Source of the DNA: Solirubrobacteraceae bacterium
Lineage (GTDB): Bacteria > Actinomycetota > Thermoleophilia > Solirubrobacterales > Solirubrobacteraceae
DNA: 41,430 bases
Direction of reading: 5' to 3'
Assembly: GCA_036388715.1 (NCBI GenBank)
Contig: DASVRH010000405.1
Coordinates: 1 to 41,430 of the forward strand
This document shows positions 1 through 8,113 of the stretch, piece after piece (position 1 is the stretch's first letter; every line of letters begins with the position of its first letter). The position numbers and the translations under genes are program-made. The notes under the pieces were generated by a model. That model made no database searches. It had not been told where the DNA came from and saw only the letters and a program-made list of their open reading frames with translations.

Positions 1-831
1 GATCTCGCCCATCCGCGCGTCGGCGAACTCCGGCGCGAACTCGTCCTCGGACTTGCCGGCGGCCTCGCGCATCGCGTCGATGAGCTCGAGCACCGTCGTC
101 TCCTCGGCCGTCCCGATGTTCACCGCGCCGCCGACGTCGGCGTCGCCCGCGGCCATGATCGCCTCGACGAGGTCGCCGACGTAGATGTAGTCGCGCGTCT
201 GGCGCCCGTCGCCGAAGACCTTGGGCTGCCCGCCGGTGAGGGCCTTGCCCGTGAAGATCGCGATCACGCCCGCCTCGCCGTGCGGGTCCTGTCGCGGGCC
301 GTAGACGTTGCCGAAGCGCAGGGCCACGGTGGACATCCCGTGCAGCCGCCGGTAGAGGCCCAGGTACGTCTCGGCGCAGAACTTCGACTGCCCGTAGCCG
401 GCCATCGGCTGCGCCTCGTGGTCCTCGGGCGTGGGGACGACGTCGGTCTCGCCGTAGATCGCGCCGCCGGTGGAGGAGAAGACGAACCGCTTGACGCCCG
501 CCTGCCGCCCGGCCTCGAGCATGTTGATCGTGCCCTCGACGTTGGTCCGCGCGTCGTACGCCGGCCGCGAGACCGAGACGCGGACGTCGATCTGCGCCGC
601 GAGGTGGAAGATCAGCTCCGGGCGCTCGCGCCCGGCGATCTCCGCCATCGCCTCGCCGTCTCGGATGTCGGCGCGGTGCAGGCGCGCTCCACGATCCAGA
701 GCCGCCGCCAGGTTCGACTCCTTCCCGGAGGAGAGGTCGTCGACGATCGACACGTCGTCGCCGCGCTCCAGCAGGGCGTCGACGAGGTTGGAACCGATGA
801 ACCCGGCTCCGCCGGTGACGAGGGCTCGCAT
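1..831 (-). CDS. NAD-dependent sugar-nucleotide 4-epimerase (GalE-like extended SDR); 3' end cut by the window edge
   Basis: Absent from the ORF track because it runs off the window. The reverse-strand ATG at 829-831 gives [27 protein letters not shown]... It has a GxxGxxG Rossmann motif, a YGQSK (YxxxK) catalytic motif and DGRQTRDYIYVGDLV, all typical of the UDP-glucose 4-epimerase family. Confidence 0.85.
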   Translation of the reverse strand, partial: MRALVTGGAGFIGSNLVDALLERGDDVSIVDDLSSGKESNLAAALDRGARLHRADIRDGEAMAEIAGRERPELIFHLAAQIDVRVSVSRPAYDARTNVEGTINMLEAGRQAGVKRFVFSSTGGAIYGETDVVPTPEDHEAQPMAGYGQSKFCAETYLGLYRRLHGMSTVALRFGNVYGPRQDPHGEAGVIAIFTGKALTGGQPKVFGDGRQTRDYIYVGDLVEAIMAAGDADVGGAVNIGTAEETTVLELIDAMREAAGKSEDEFAPEFADARMGEI

Positions 832-1092
832 AGGCGGGCGATGGTAGCCGCGTCGCCCGCGGCGGCGGCGCGACAGAGCCCGACGATCGCCATGAGCGCC
901 AGCGCCCACGCCGTCCCTGCTCCGATCGCGACCACGAGACCCATTCGCTCTCCTTGCCTCCCGTTTCTGCCCCGGCCCCCGGACTCCTAGGCCCGCGGCG
1001 TTGCGACACAACGAGGAGGCACGTGACGATAGGCACGTGGCCGGACGGCGGAGAGGACGACCCTGCACTTTGCGCAGGATCGTGGCGGCGAG

Positions 1093-2586
1093 CTACATGC
1101 CGCGGCGGCGCAGCATGTACGGGACGGTGCGGAGCAGGATCTTGACGTCCGCCCACAGCGACCACCCGGCGACGTACAGGTAGTCGATCTTCACCATCTC
1201 GTGCAGCGGCACGCGGGCCGACCCGAGGATCTGCCAGTGGCCGGTCATGCCCGGCGTGAGCTGGAGCCGGCGGCGGTCCCAGCCGGTGATCTGCTCGTCC
1301 TCGTCGAGGATGAGCGGGCGCGGCCCGACGAGGCTCATGTCACCGGTGATCACGTTGAACAGCTGCGGCAGCTCGTCGAGCGACGTCCTGCGCAGGAAGC
1401 GCCCGACGCGCGTCACGCGCGGGTCGTCGGCGATCTTGAACAGGCCGTCGGCCTCGTTCGCCTCGAGGAGCTCGGCCTTGCGCTGCTCGGCGTCGGTGCA
1501 CATCGTGCGGAACTTGAAGATGCGGAAGTGCTTGCCGTCGCGGCCCACGCGCGTCTGACGGAAGAAGACGGGGCCGCGCGAGTCGAGGCGGATGGCCAGC
1601 GCGATCGCCGCCATGACCGGCGCCGCGACCAGCAGGGCGAGGGCCGCGCCGCAGAAGTCGAAGCCCCGCTTGACGACGCGCGAGGAGCGCGTGAGGCCGA
1701 AGCGGCGCACGCCGAGCAGCGTGACGCCCTGGACCTGGTCGAAGACGACCGAGCTGCCGACCACGTCGAGCACGCGCGGCACCAGGCTGACGCGGACGCC
1801 GACGCTCTTGGCCGCCCGCACGAAGTCGAGCATCTCCTCGGCCGGGAGCGCGTGCGTCTCGATGATGATCCGGTGCGCGCCCGTCCACGAGATCAGCTCG
1901 CGCAGCTCCTGCGCGGTCGCGCCCCGGTCTCCCCGCTGGTTCGGCCGCTGCAGCGACATCCGGCCGACGAGCTGCGCCTTGACGCCGTCGCCCTCGAGCT
2001 TCGTGGTCAGGCGCTCGTAGGCGACCGCGTCGCCGATGAACAGGCAGCGCTCCACGGTCGCGAACCGCCCGACGATCGAGCGGGCCGACTGACGCGCGAG
2101 GAGCGCGAACCCGAACAGCGCGAGCCACAGCACCAGCACCTGCTTGTCACCCAGCTGGCCGTCGATGAGCTGGTCGTCGAGGATCCACAGCAGCAGCGCG
2201 TACAGCGTCGCGAGGTGGAAGAGCTGGGGCGCCTCGTCCATCGTCGTCTTGCGGATGACGAGCTCGTCGCGGTCGTACATGCCCTGGACCTTGCCGACGA
2301 GCACGATGATCGGCAGCGCGAAGAAGGTGGCCGGCCGCAGGCTGTCGTCGCCGAGGACCGACGTGCAGAGGATCAGCGCGAAGGCGGCGGACAGGACGTC
2401 GGCGTAGGCCAGCGAGCGACGGAAGAGGCGGTCGCGGGCCTCGACCTCGCGCGTGGCGGACTCGACCTCGAGGATCGCGTCGTGGTCGGCACGCGGCTCC
2501 GCGGTCGAGGTGTCGAGCCGCAGACGGCTGAGCCGCGGGACGGCTATTCCTCTGCGGCGGCGTGTGGGAGCCGGCGCTGCAGGCAT
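1093..2586 (-). CDS. Polyprenyl-phosphate hexose-1-phosphate transferase (WbaP/bacterial sugar transferase family), priming enzyme
   Basis: The C-terminal domain reads KRGFDF...RGPVFFRQTRVGRDGKHFRIFKFRTM...DELPQLFNVITGDMSLVGPRPL...PGMTGHWQI, preceded by TM helices. Start is ambiguous: ATG at 2586 is chosen here, and the track uses TTG at 2607. Confidence 0.9.
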   Translation of the reverse strand: MPAAPAPTRRRRGIAVPRLSRLRLDTSTAEPRADHDAILEVESATREVEARDRLFRRSLAYADVLSAAFALILCTSVLGDDSLRPATFFALPIIVLVGKVQGMYDRDELVIRKTTMDEAPQLFHLATLYALLLWILDDQLIDGQLGDKQVLVLWLALFGFALLARQSARSIVGRFATVERCLFIGDAVAYERLTTKLEGDGVKAQLVGRMSLQRPNQRGDRGATAQELRELISWTGAHRIIIETHALPAEEMLDFVRAAKSVGVRVSLVPRVLDVVGSSVVFDQVQGVTLLGVRRFGLTRSSRVVKRGFDFCGAALALLVAAPVMAAIALAIRLDSRGPVFFRQTRVGRDGKHFRIFKFRTMCTDAEQRKAELLEANEADGLFKIADDPRVTRVGRFLRRTSLDELPQLFNVITGDMSLVGPRPLILDEDEQITGWDRRRLQLTPGMTGHWQILGSARVPLHEMVKIDYLYVAGWSLWADVKILLRTVPYMLRRRGM

Positions 2587-2848
2587 GGGTCGACTGCTCG
2601 CTTCCAACGAACTCTCCGTACAGAACTTGTGGGTTTCGGTGGCGTCCTTCCGTGGACTGGCGGCGATCCACCGACTGAGAGCGAACCTAACGAGACTGAG
2701 CGCTCGTGTCTACACGTTGGCGGGCTTTTCACACCGGATATCCGTCCAACTCATGTCCAGCCCGCTCGTCCCCGGCCGAGGGGCGCTCGGAAAAAAATCT
2801 TCGCGAGCCGGTCAGAAACCCGCCCCCTCGTTCGTATAGGGCTGTGAC

Positions 2849-3313
2849 ATGAGCATGAACCGGGACCACGATCACCTGCCGGACGACGTCCTCGACGTCG
2901 TGCAGCAGCTGAAGGCTCACCGGCCCGAGGCCTCAGCCTTGGAGCTCGATCGAATGAAGATGAGGGCGCAGGCGAAGGCTCTGCGTCCCTCCCGAACGAA
3001 GGGGCACCTCTTGAGGTCACGTCTCACGGTCGCGCTGCTGTCGCTGGGCCTTATGGTCGGCGGCACGGGCGGCGTCATCGCCGCGAAGGGCGGCAACGGC
3101 AACGGCGGCGCTGCCAAGTCGCAGTACAAGCCGGGCATCGGCCCGTGCAAGAACGGCGGCACCACGCCGTCCGGCACCCACACCGGGGCGCCCGGCAACG
3201 GCCAGGACTGCGCCAACAAGCCCGGCCAGGGCGGCGGCTCGCAGCCCGGCAACGGCAACGGCCCGGGCGGCAACTCGTCCGCGAGCAACGGCAAGGGCGG
3301 CAACGGCAAGTAG
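2849..3313 (+). CDS. Hypothetical single-pass membrane protein with a Gly/Asn/Pro-rich low-complexity extracytoplasmic tail
   Basis: The ATG ORF has a charged N-terminus, one hydrophobic helix (LTVALLSLGLMVGGTGGVIAA) and then GNGNGG...GNGNGPGGNSSASNGKGGNGK. A perfect terminator-like hairpin follows. No family recognised. Confidence 0.55.
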   Translation: MSMNRDHDHLPDDVLDVVQQLKAHRPEASALELDRMKMRAQAKALRPSRTKGHLLRSRLTVALLSLGLMVGGTGGVIAAKGGNGNGGAAKSQYKPGIGPCKNGGTTPSGTHTGAPGNGQDCANKPGQGGGSQPGNGNGPGGNSSASNGKGGNGK

Positions 3314-3340
3314 CCGAAGCGCAGACCTTCGTCTGTTTTC

Positions 3341-3370
3341 CGAAAGGGGCGGCTCCGGCCGCCCCTTTCG
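3341..3370 (+). terminator. Intrinsic-terminator-like hairpin (13-bp perfect stem, 4-nt loop)
   Basis: CGAAAGGGGCGGC tccg GCCGCCCCTTTCG lies 28 nt after the stop at 3313. There is no long T-tract, which is common in high-GC actinobacteria. Confidence 0.6.
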
Positions 3371-3559
3371 CGTTAACCCCCGTCCGTAGACTGCGCCGCC
3401 ATCTCCGCCGAGGCGACCGCTCCCGCGATCGAGTCCGATCACCGCGCGCTCCCCGCCCCCGTCCAGGCGGGGGCCGTCGCCGGGCTGCTTGCGCTCCCGG
3501 CGGCGCTGACCGTCTACGTCGCCTTCGAGGAGGGCGGGTTCTTCCCCGACACCGTCGGG

Positions 3560-5458
3560 GTGGCCGCCATCGTCGTCCTGCAGGCGCTCGTCCTGCGCGT
3601 CCTGCTCGCCGACCGGCCGTTCGAGGGGATCGGCCGGCCCGCGGCGATCGCGATCGGCGCCTTCTCGTGCTTCGCGGTCTGGCAGCTGCTCTCGGCGTCG
3701 TGGTCGGACAGCACCGGCCGCGCGCTCGTCGAGTTCGACCGCACCCTGCTCTACCTGGTCACGCTCGTCCTGTTCGCCTCGCTGGGGCGGACGCCCGAGC
3801 GGATCGCCTGGCTCATCCGGCTGCTGGCGCTCGGGATGGTCGCCGTCTGCGTCGCGGGGCTGCTGTCGCGCACGCTCCCCGAGCTGGTGAGCGTCTCCAC
3901 CGACTACTCGGTCGACCGGCTCAGCTACCCGGTGACGTACTGGAACGCGCTCGGCCTGCTCGCCGCGCTCGCGATCGTGCTCTGCCTGCACCTGACGTGC
4001 AGCGCCAGCGAGCCGCGGGCGTCGCGGATCCTCGCCGCGGCGGCGCTGCCGGTGCTCGCCGGCACGCTGATCCTCACGTACTCGCGCGGGGGGATCCTGA
4101 TCGCGATCGTCGGCGTCGTCGCCTACTCGCTGCTCGGCCGCCCGCGCACCTGGCTGACCGGCGTCGCCGCGACAGGCCCGTTCGTCGCGATCGCCGTGGC
4201 GTCCGCCTACGGGGCGGAGGAGCTCACGGCCGACGACTACGCGACGAACGGGATCGAGGCCGGCGAGGGCGTCGCGACGACCGTCGCGCTGTGCGCGATC
4301 GCGGCGGCCGTCCTGCGCGCCGTGTTCGTCGTGCTGGTCGACCGGCGGCTGGTCCGCGCCCGGCTCGCGCCGCTGCGCCGGCTCGGCGTCAAGCCGTGGA
4401 TGGCCTGGTCGGGCGGGACCGTCGTCGTCCTCGTGGTGGCGCTCGCCGCCGGCTTGCCCGGGAAGATCGAGACGCAGTACGACCGCTTCGTGTCGGGGAA
4501 CGAGGGGCCCGTCGGCGACACGCGCGACCGCCTGACCGACCCGGCGAACGCCGGCCGCATCCCGGAGTGGGAGGCGGCGGTGCGCGGGTGGAAGGACCAA
4601 CCGCTGCGCGGCCAGGGCGCCGGGATGTACCAGCTCGACTTCTACGAGCGCCGCGACGAGGCGCGGTCGACGACGGTCACCGACGGGCACTCGCTCTACC
4701 TCGAGACGCTCGACGAGCTGGGGCTCGTCGGCGCGGTGCTGCTCCTCGTCGTGCTCGGGTCGATCCTGGTCGCGTTCGCGCGCGGCCTGGGCGGCCGTTG
4801 GCGGGCGCGCTACGGCGCGCTGCTCGCGGTCGGGCTCGGATGGGTCCTCGCCGCGGGCATCGACTGGCACTGGGAGATGCCCGTCGTCACCGCTTGGCTG
4901 TTCGCCGCCGGCGGGCTCGCGCTGGCGCGGCCCCTCGGCACGAGCGGTCGCCCGCCCATGGGCAGCAGCAACCGCGCGATCATCGCCGTCGCGTGGCTCA
5001 TCGCGGCGGTGACGCCGTTCCTCGTCCTGACCTCGTCCTCCCGCGTCCGCGACGCGGGTGCGGACTTCGCGCGCGGCGACTGCACCCCGGCGCGTCAGAG
5101 CGCCTTCGACGCGCTCGACTACCTGTCCGCGCGGCCCGAGCCGTTCGCGATCGTCGGCTTCTGCGCGCTGCTCGACGACCTGCCGCGCGCGGCGGTGCCG
5201 GCCATGCGCGAGGCCGTCTCGCGCGACCCGCGCAGCTGGGAGTACCGGCTCGGCCTGGCGACCGCGCTGGCGGCGGCGGGCCAGGACCCGGGGCCGGATG
5301 CAAAGGAGGCGCTGCGGCGCAACCCGCTCGATCCGCTCGTGCGCTCCTCGACGAGCAAGCTGCTGGCGGCGACGACGGAGAGCGAGCGCATCGAGGCGGG
5401 CCGCGATGTCTTCGCCGACCTCTTCTACAGCTACAAGCTGTCGATCCAGCACCTCTAG
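3560..5458 (+). CDS. O-antigen ligase/Wzy_C family polytopic membrane protein with a C-terminal helical (TPR-like) soluble extension
   Basis: It has many TM helices, a TYSRGGILIAIVG segment and the GQGAGMY...DGHSLYLETLDELGLVG motif typical of the Wzy_C domain. A TM-like in-frame segment (AGLLALPAALTVYVAFEEGGFF) continues upstream of the GTG at 3560 with no ATG/GTG/TTG, so the true start may be non-canonical and further upstream. Confidence 0.8.
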   Translation: MAAIVVLQALVLRVLLADRPFEGIGRPAAIAIGAFSCFAVWQLLSASWSDSTGRALVEFDRTLLYLVTLVLFASLGRTPERIAWLIRLLALGMVAVCVAGLLSRTLPELVSVSTDYSVDRLSYPVTYWNALGLLAALAIVLCLHLTCSASEPRASRILAAAALPVLAGTLILTYSRGGILIAIVGVVAYSLLGRPRTWLTGVAATGPFVAIAVASAYGAEELTADDYATNGIEAGEGVATTVALCAIAAAVLRAVFVVLVDRRLVRARLAPLRRLGVKPWMAWSGGTVVVLVVALAAGLPGKIETQYDRFVSGNEGPVGDTRDRLTDPANAGRIPEWEAAVRGWKDQPLRGQGAGMYQLDFYERRDEARSTTVTDGHSLYLETLDELGLVGAVLLLVVLGSILVAFARGLGGRWRARYGALLAVGLGWVLAAGIDWHWEMPVVTAWLFAAGGLALARPLGTSGRPPMGSSNRAIIAVAWLIAAVTPFLVLTSSSRVRDAGADFARGDCTPARQSAFDALDYLSARPEPFAIVGFCALLDDLPRAAVPAMREAVSRDPRSWEYRLGLATALAAAGQDPGPDAKEALRRNPLDPLVRSSTSKLLAATTESERIEAGRDVFADLFYSYKLSIQHL

Positions 5459-5499
5459 GACTTGCGCCGCACCTCACGGTGCGGATATGAACTCCTTGC

Positions 5500-6063
5500 A
5501 TGAAGACGACCTTGCTGTTTGCCGCGACCTGCGCCTCGGCGCTCGCGATGACCGGGCTCGCCGGGGCCGCCACGAGCACGGCGACCACCAGCGAGCTGCT
5601 GTTCTTCGGCGCGACGCGCGGGTGCGAGGCCGGCCAGGCGCCGCCCTGCATCGCGGTGAACACCGTCGACTACGACTACGACGGCGTCCGCACCGAGCTC
5701 GAGGTGTGCGTCAGCGGCGCCGACCAGGGCTGCGCGCAGGTGCCGCTCTCCGCGCTGAAGGTCGACTCCTCGCGGCGCTCGGCGTCGGCGACGGTGCCGG
5801 TCACGCTCATGCACTTCAACCCGGACGACACGTTCACCGCCCGCCTGGCCACGGTCACGCTCGGCTTCCAGGCGGGGTCCGGGGCGCTGCAGAACACGAA
5901 GACGGTGACGACCGGGGTCAACGGCGCCGGATGCCGCGTCCGCTACACGACGGTGGCGAAGCTGTGGAACGGCACCCTCCGCGCCACGCTCGACGGCGCG
6001 ACCCACGCGGGCGCCGCCCAGCTCGGGACCTACCAGATCACCGACCGCACCAAGTCCTGCTAG
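5500..6063 (+). CDS. Secreted hypothetical protein (signal peptide, Cys-containing)
   Basis: The N-terminus MKTTLLFAATCASALAMTGLAGAAT is signal-peptide-like. The amino-acid composition is coherent and non-shadow. No family recognised. Confidence 0.6.
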   Translation: MKTTLLFAATCASALAMTGLAGAATSTATTSELLFFGATRGCEAGQAPPCIAVNTVDYDYDGVRTELEVCVSGADQGCAQVPLSALKVDSSRRSASATVPVTLMHFNPDDTFTARLATVTLGFQAGSGALQNTKTVTTGVNGAGCRVRYTTVAKLWNGTLRATLDGATHAGAAQLGTYQITDRTKSC

Positions 6064-6464
6064 CCGGTCGCGGGCGGCTGGCCGGCGCAGCAGCCCTCGA
6101 TCACGAGGACGTTGCCCTTCGTCGCGCCGCGCCATGACCGGTCCGGGCTCACGGTCACGCGGTAGCGGGCGACGTCGCCCGACTTGTACCTGACCACGCA
6201 GGTCCACGGGTTGCGCAGCTCGCCGCCGGCGTTCGTCGTGCAGCGCGCCGAGCGCCCGCGGCCCCCGCCGGAGCCGGGCAGCGCGTTCGGCGCCCGGATC
6301 ACCGAGGCCTCGAGCTCCGCGGGGCGGACCGGCGACTGCCGCGACTGGTCGAGGACGAACGCGTCGCCGGGATCGCGGGCGGTCATCGCGAGCGCCGTGC
6401 CGGCGACGCCGGCGGCGAGGGCCGGGGCGACGAGCAGGACTGGACTTATGGTTGGTTTGCGCAT
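6060..6464 (-). CDS. Exported or membrane-anchored hypothetical protein
   Basis: ATG start, with MRKPTISPVLLVAPALAAGVAGTALA as a signal/anchor. It is divergent from the sigma-factor gene. No family recognised. Confidence 0.5.
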   Translation of the reverse strand: MRKPTISPVLLVAPALAAGVAGTALAMTARDPGDAFVLDQSRQSPVRPAELEASVIRAPNALPGSGGGRGRSARCTTNAGGELRNPWTCVVRYKSGDVARYRVTVSPDRSWRGATKGNVLVIEGCCAGQPPATG

Positions 6465-6493
6465 TCTCCGGCTTCAGGAATCATGACGGCTCG

Positions 6494-6979
6494 ATGCGCG
6501 ACCGCGATTTCGAGCGCCTGTACGAGGAGCATGCCCAGGGCCTGTTCGGCTTCCTGGCGTACCGGACCGGCGACCGCATCCTCGCGGAGGACCTCGTGGC
6601 GGACACGTTCGAGCGGGTTCTGCGCTCCCGCGCGCGGTTCGACCCGCGCAAGGGCCGCCAGAAGGCGTGGGTCTACGCCATCGCGCTGAACCTGCTGCGC
6701 GACAGCGCCCGCCGCACGCAGACGGAGAGCCGCGCCCTCGAGGCGGCCACCGTCGGCGCGGGCCCCGCCGAGGCGTGGCCGCACGAGGCGCTCGACGAGC
6801 GCGACCAGCTCAGGCGCGCGATGGAGCGGCTCTCGCAGGAGGAGCGCGACGTGGTCGCGCTACGGTTCGGCGCGGACCTTCCCGTCAAGGACATCGCCAC
6901 CACGATCGGCGAGTCCGTGACGACGACGGAAGGACGGCTTTACCGAGCTTTGCGCAAGCTGAAGGGCGAGCTGTCGTGA
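6494..6979 (+). CDS. ECF-type RNA polymerase sigma-70 family factor
   Basis: Region 2 reads FERLYEEHAQGLFGFLAYRTGDRILAEDLVADTFERV...WVYAIALNLLRD. Region 4 reads LSQEERDVVALRFGADLPVKDIATTIGESVTTTEGRLYRALRKL. ATG at 6494 is preferred over the TTG at 6452 used by the track. Confidence 0.88.
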   Translation: MRDRDFERLYEEHAQGLFGFLAYRTGDRILAEDLVADTFERVLRSRARFDPRKGRQKAWVYAIALNLLRDSARRTQTESRALEAATVGAGPAEAWPHEALDERDQLRRAMERLSQEERDVVALRFGADLPVKDIATTIGESVTTTEGRLYRALRKLKGELS

Positions 6980-7006
6980 GGGGTACGGGCGAAAAGGTCG
7001 TACATC

Positions 7007-7021
7007 TGCCGAATTTCGGCA
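7007..7021. promoter_or_regulatory. Perfect 7-1-7 palindrome TGCCGAA-T-TTCGGCA in the sigma/epimerase intergenic region
   Basis: Read directly from the sequence. It sits 28 nt after the sigma stop and 89 nt before the ATG at 7110. It could be an operator or a weak hairpin; function unknown. Confidence 0.3.
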
Positions 7022-7109
7022 CAGCGGCTCAGACCGCCGTTATCTTCGCCGCTCGGCGTGGCCCGTTCCCCCGCGTCGCGGACCTGCACCACCACCGGAG
7101 ACCAAGCAC

Positions 7110-8093
7110 ATGAGCAGTGATCTGATCGTCGTCGCCGGGGGCGGCGGATTCATTGGCGGCCACCTCGCCAAGACCCTTCTCGACCAGGGCTTCCGCGTCC
7201 GTTCGGTCGACGTCAAGCCGACGGACGAGTGGTACCAGGTCCACGGCGAGGCCGAGAACCTCGTCCTCGACCTCCGCCTCGCGGACGCCTGCGAGCAGGC
7301 CCTCGACGGCGCCGACGAGGTCTACCAGCTGGCCGCCGACATGGGCGGGATGGGCTTCATCGAGAACAACAAGGCCCTCTGCATGCTGTCGGTGCTCGTG
7401 AACACCCACATGCTCCAGGCCGCGGTGAAGCACGACCTGAAGAAGTTCTTCTACTCGTCCTCGGCGTGCGTGTACGCCGGCGACAAGCAGACCGACCCGG
7501 AGAACCCGGGCCTCAAGGAGAGCGACGCCTACCCGGCGATGCCGGAGGACGGCTACGGCTGGGAGAAGCTCTTCAGCGAGCGCATGTGCCGCCACTTCCG
7601 CGAGGACTTCGGCCTCTACACCCGCGTCGCCCGCTACCACAACGTCTACGGCCCCGAGGGCACCTGGACGGGCGGGCGCGAGAAGGCGCCGGCCGCGATC
7701 TGCCGCAAGGTCGCCGAGGCCAAGCTCACGGGCCGCCACGAGATCGAGATCTGGGGCGACGGCGAGCAGACGCGCAGCTTCATGTACATCGACGACTGCA
7801 CGTACGGCACGCAGGCGATCCTGAACTCGGACATCCTCGAGCCGATCAACCTCGGCAGCGACGAGATGGTCTCGATCAACCAGCTCGTCGACATCGTCGA
7901 GGGCATCGCCGGCATCAAGCTCGAGCGCCAGTACAACCTCGACGCGCCGAAGGGCGTGCGCGGCCGCAACAGCGACAACACGCTCATCTCGGAGCTCATG
8001 GGCTGGGCGCCCAGCATCACGCTGCAGGAAGGCCTCGAGAAGACGTACGCGTGGATCTACGACCAGGTCTCGGCCTCGGTCGCCGCCGCCTGA
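7110..8093 (+). CDS. GDP-mannose 3,5-epimerase homologue (extended SDR)
   Basis: Long colinear matches to my memory of plant GME: LAADMGGMGFI, FFYSSSACVY, LKESDAYPA, YGWEKL, YHNVYGPEGTWTGGREKAPAAICRK, WGDGEQTRSF, EPINLGSDEMVSIN and GVRGRNSDNTLI. A GGAGA Shine-Dalgarno lies 10 nt upstream of the ATG. Confidence 0.85.
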   Translation: MSSDLIVVAGGGGFIGGHLAKTLLDQGFRVRSVDVKPTDEWYQVHGEAENLVLDLRLADACEQALDGADEVYQLAADMGGMGFIENNKALCMLSVLVNTHMLQAAVKHDLKKFFYSSSACVYAGDKQTDPENPGLKESDAYPAMPEDGYGWEKLFSERMCRHFREDFGLYTRVARYHNVYGPEGTWTGGREKAPAAICRKVAEAKLTGRHEIEIWGDGEQTRSFMYIDDCTYGTQAILNSDILEPINLGSDEMVSINQLVDIVEGIAGIKLERQYNLDAPKGVRGRNSDNTLISELMGWAPSITLQEGLEKTYAWIYDQVSASVAAA

Positions 8094-8113
8094 GCGCCTC
8101 ACGGGGGAAAGCA

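Noticed and set aside
612-944. Small reverse ORF starting MGLVVAIGAGTAWALALMAIVGL, with a good AAGGAG upstream
   Set aside because: After about 37 codons it runs out of frame into the epimerase gene and overlaps it by about 220 nt with shadow-like composition. A genuine short TM peptide cannot be supported because there is no in-frame stop before the overlap.
3017-5452. 811-aa reverse-strand ORF, one of the longest in the track
   Set aside because: Its translation is an Arg/Ala/Asp/Gly/Pro-rich low-complexity string, which is typical of an antisense frame in high-GC DNA. The forward strand encodes a coherent Wzy_C membrane protein over the same span.
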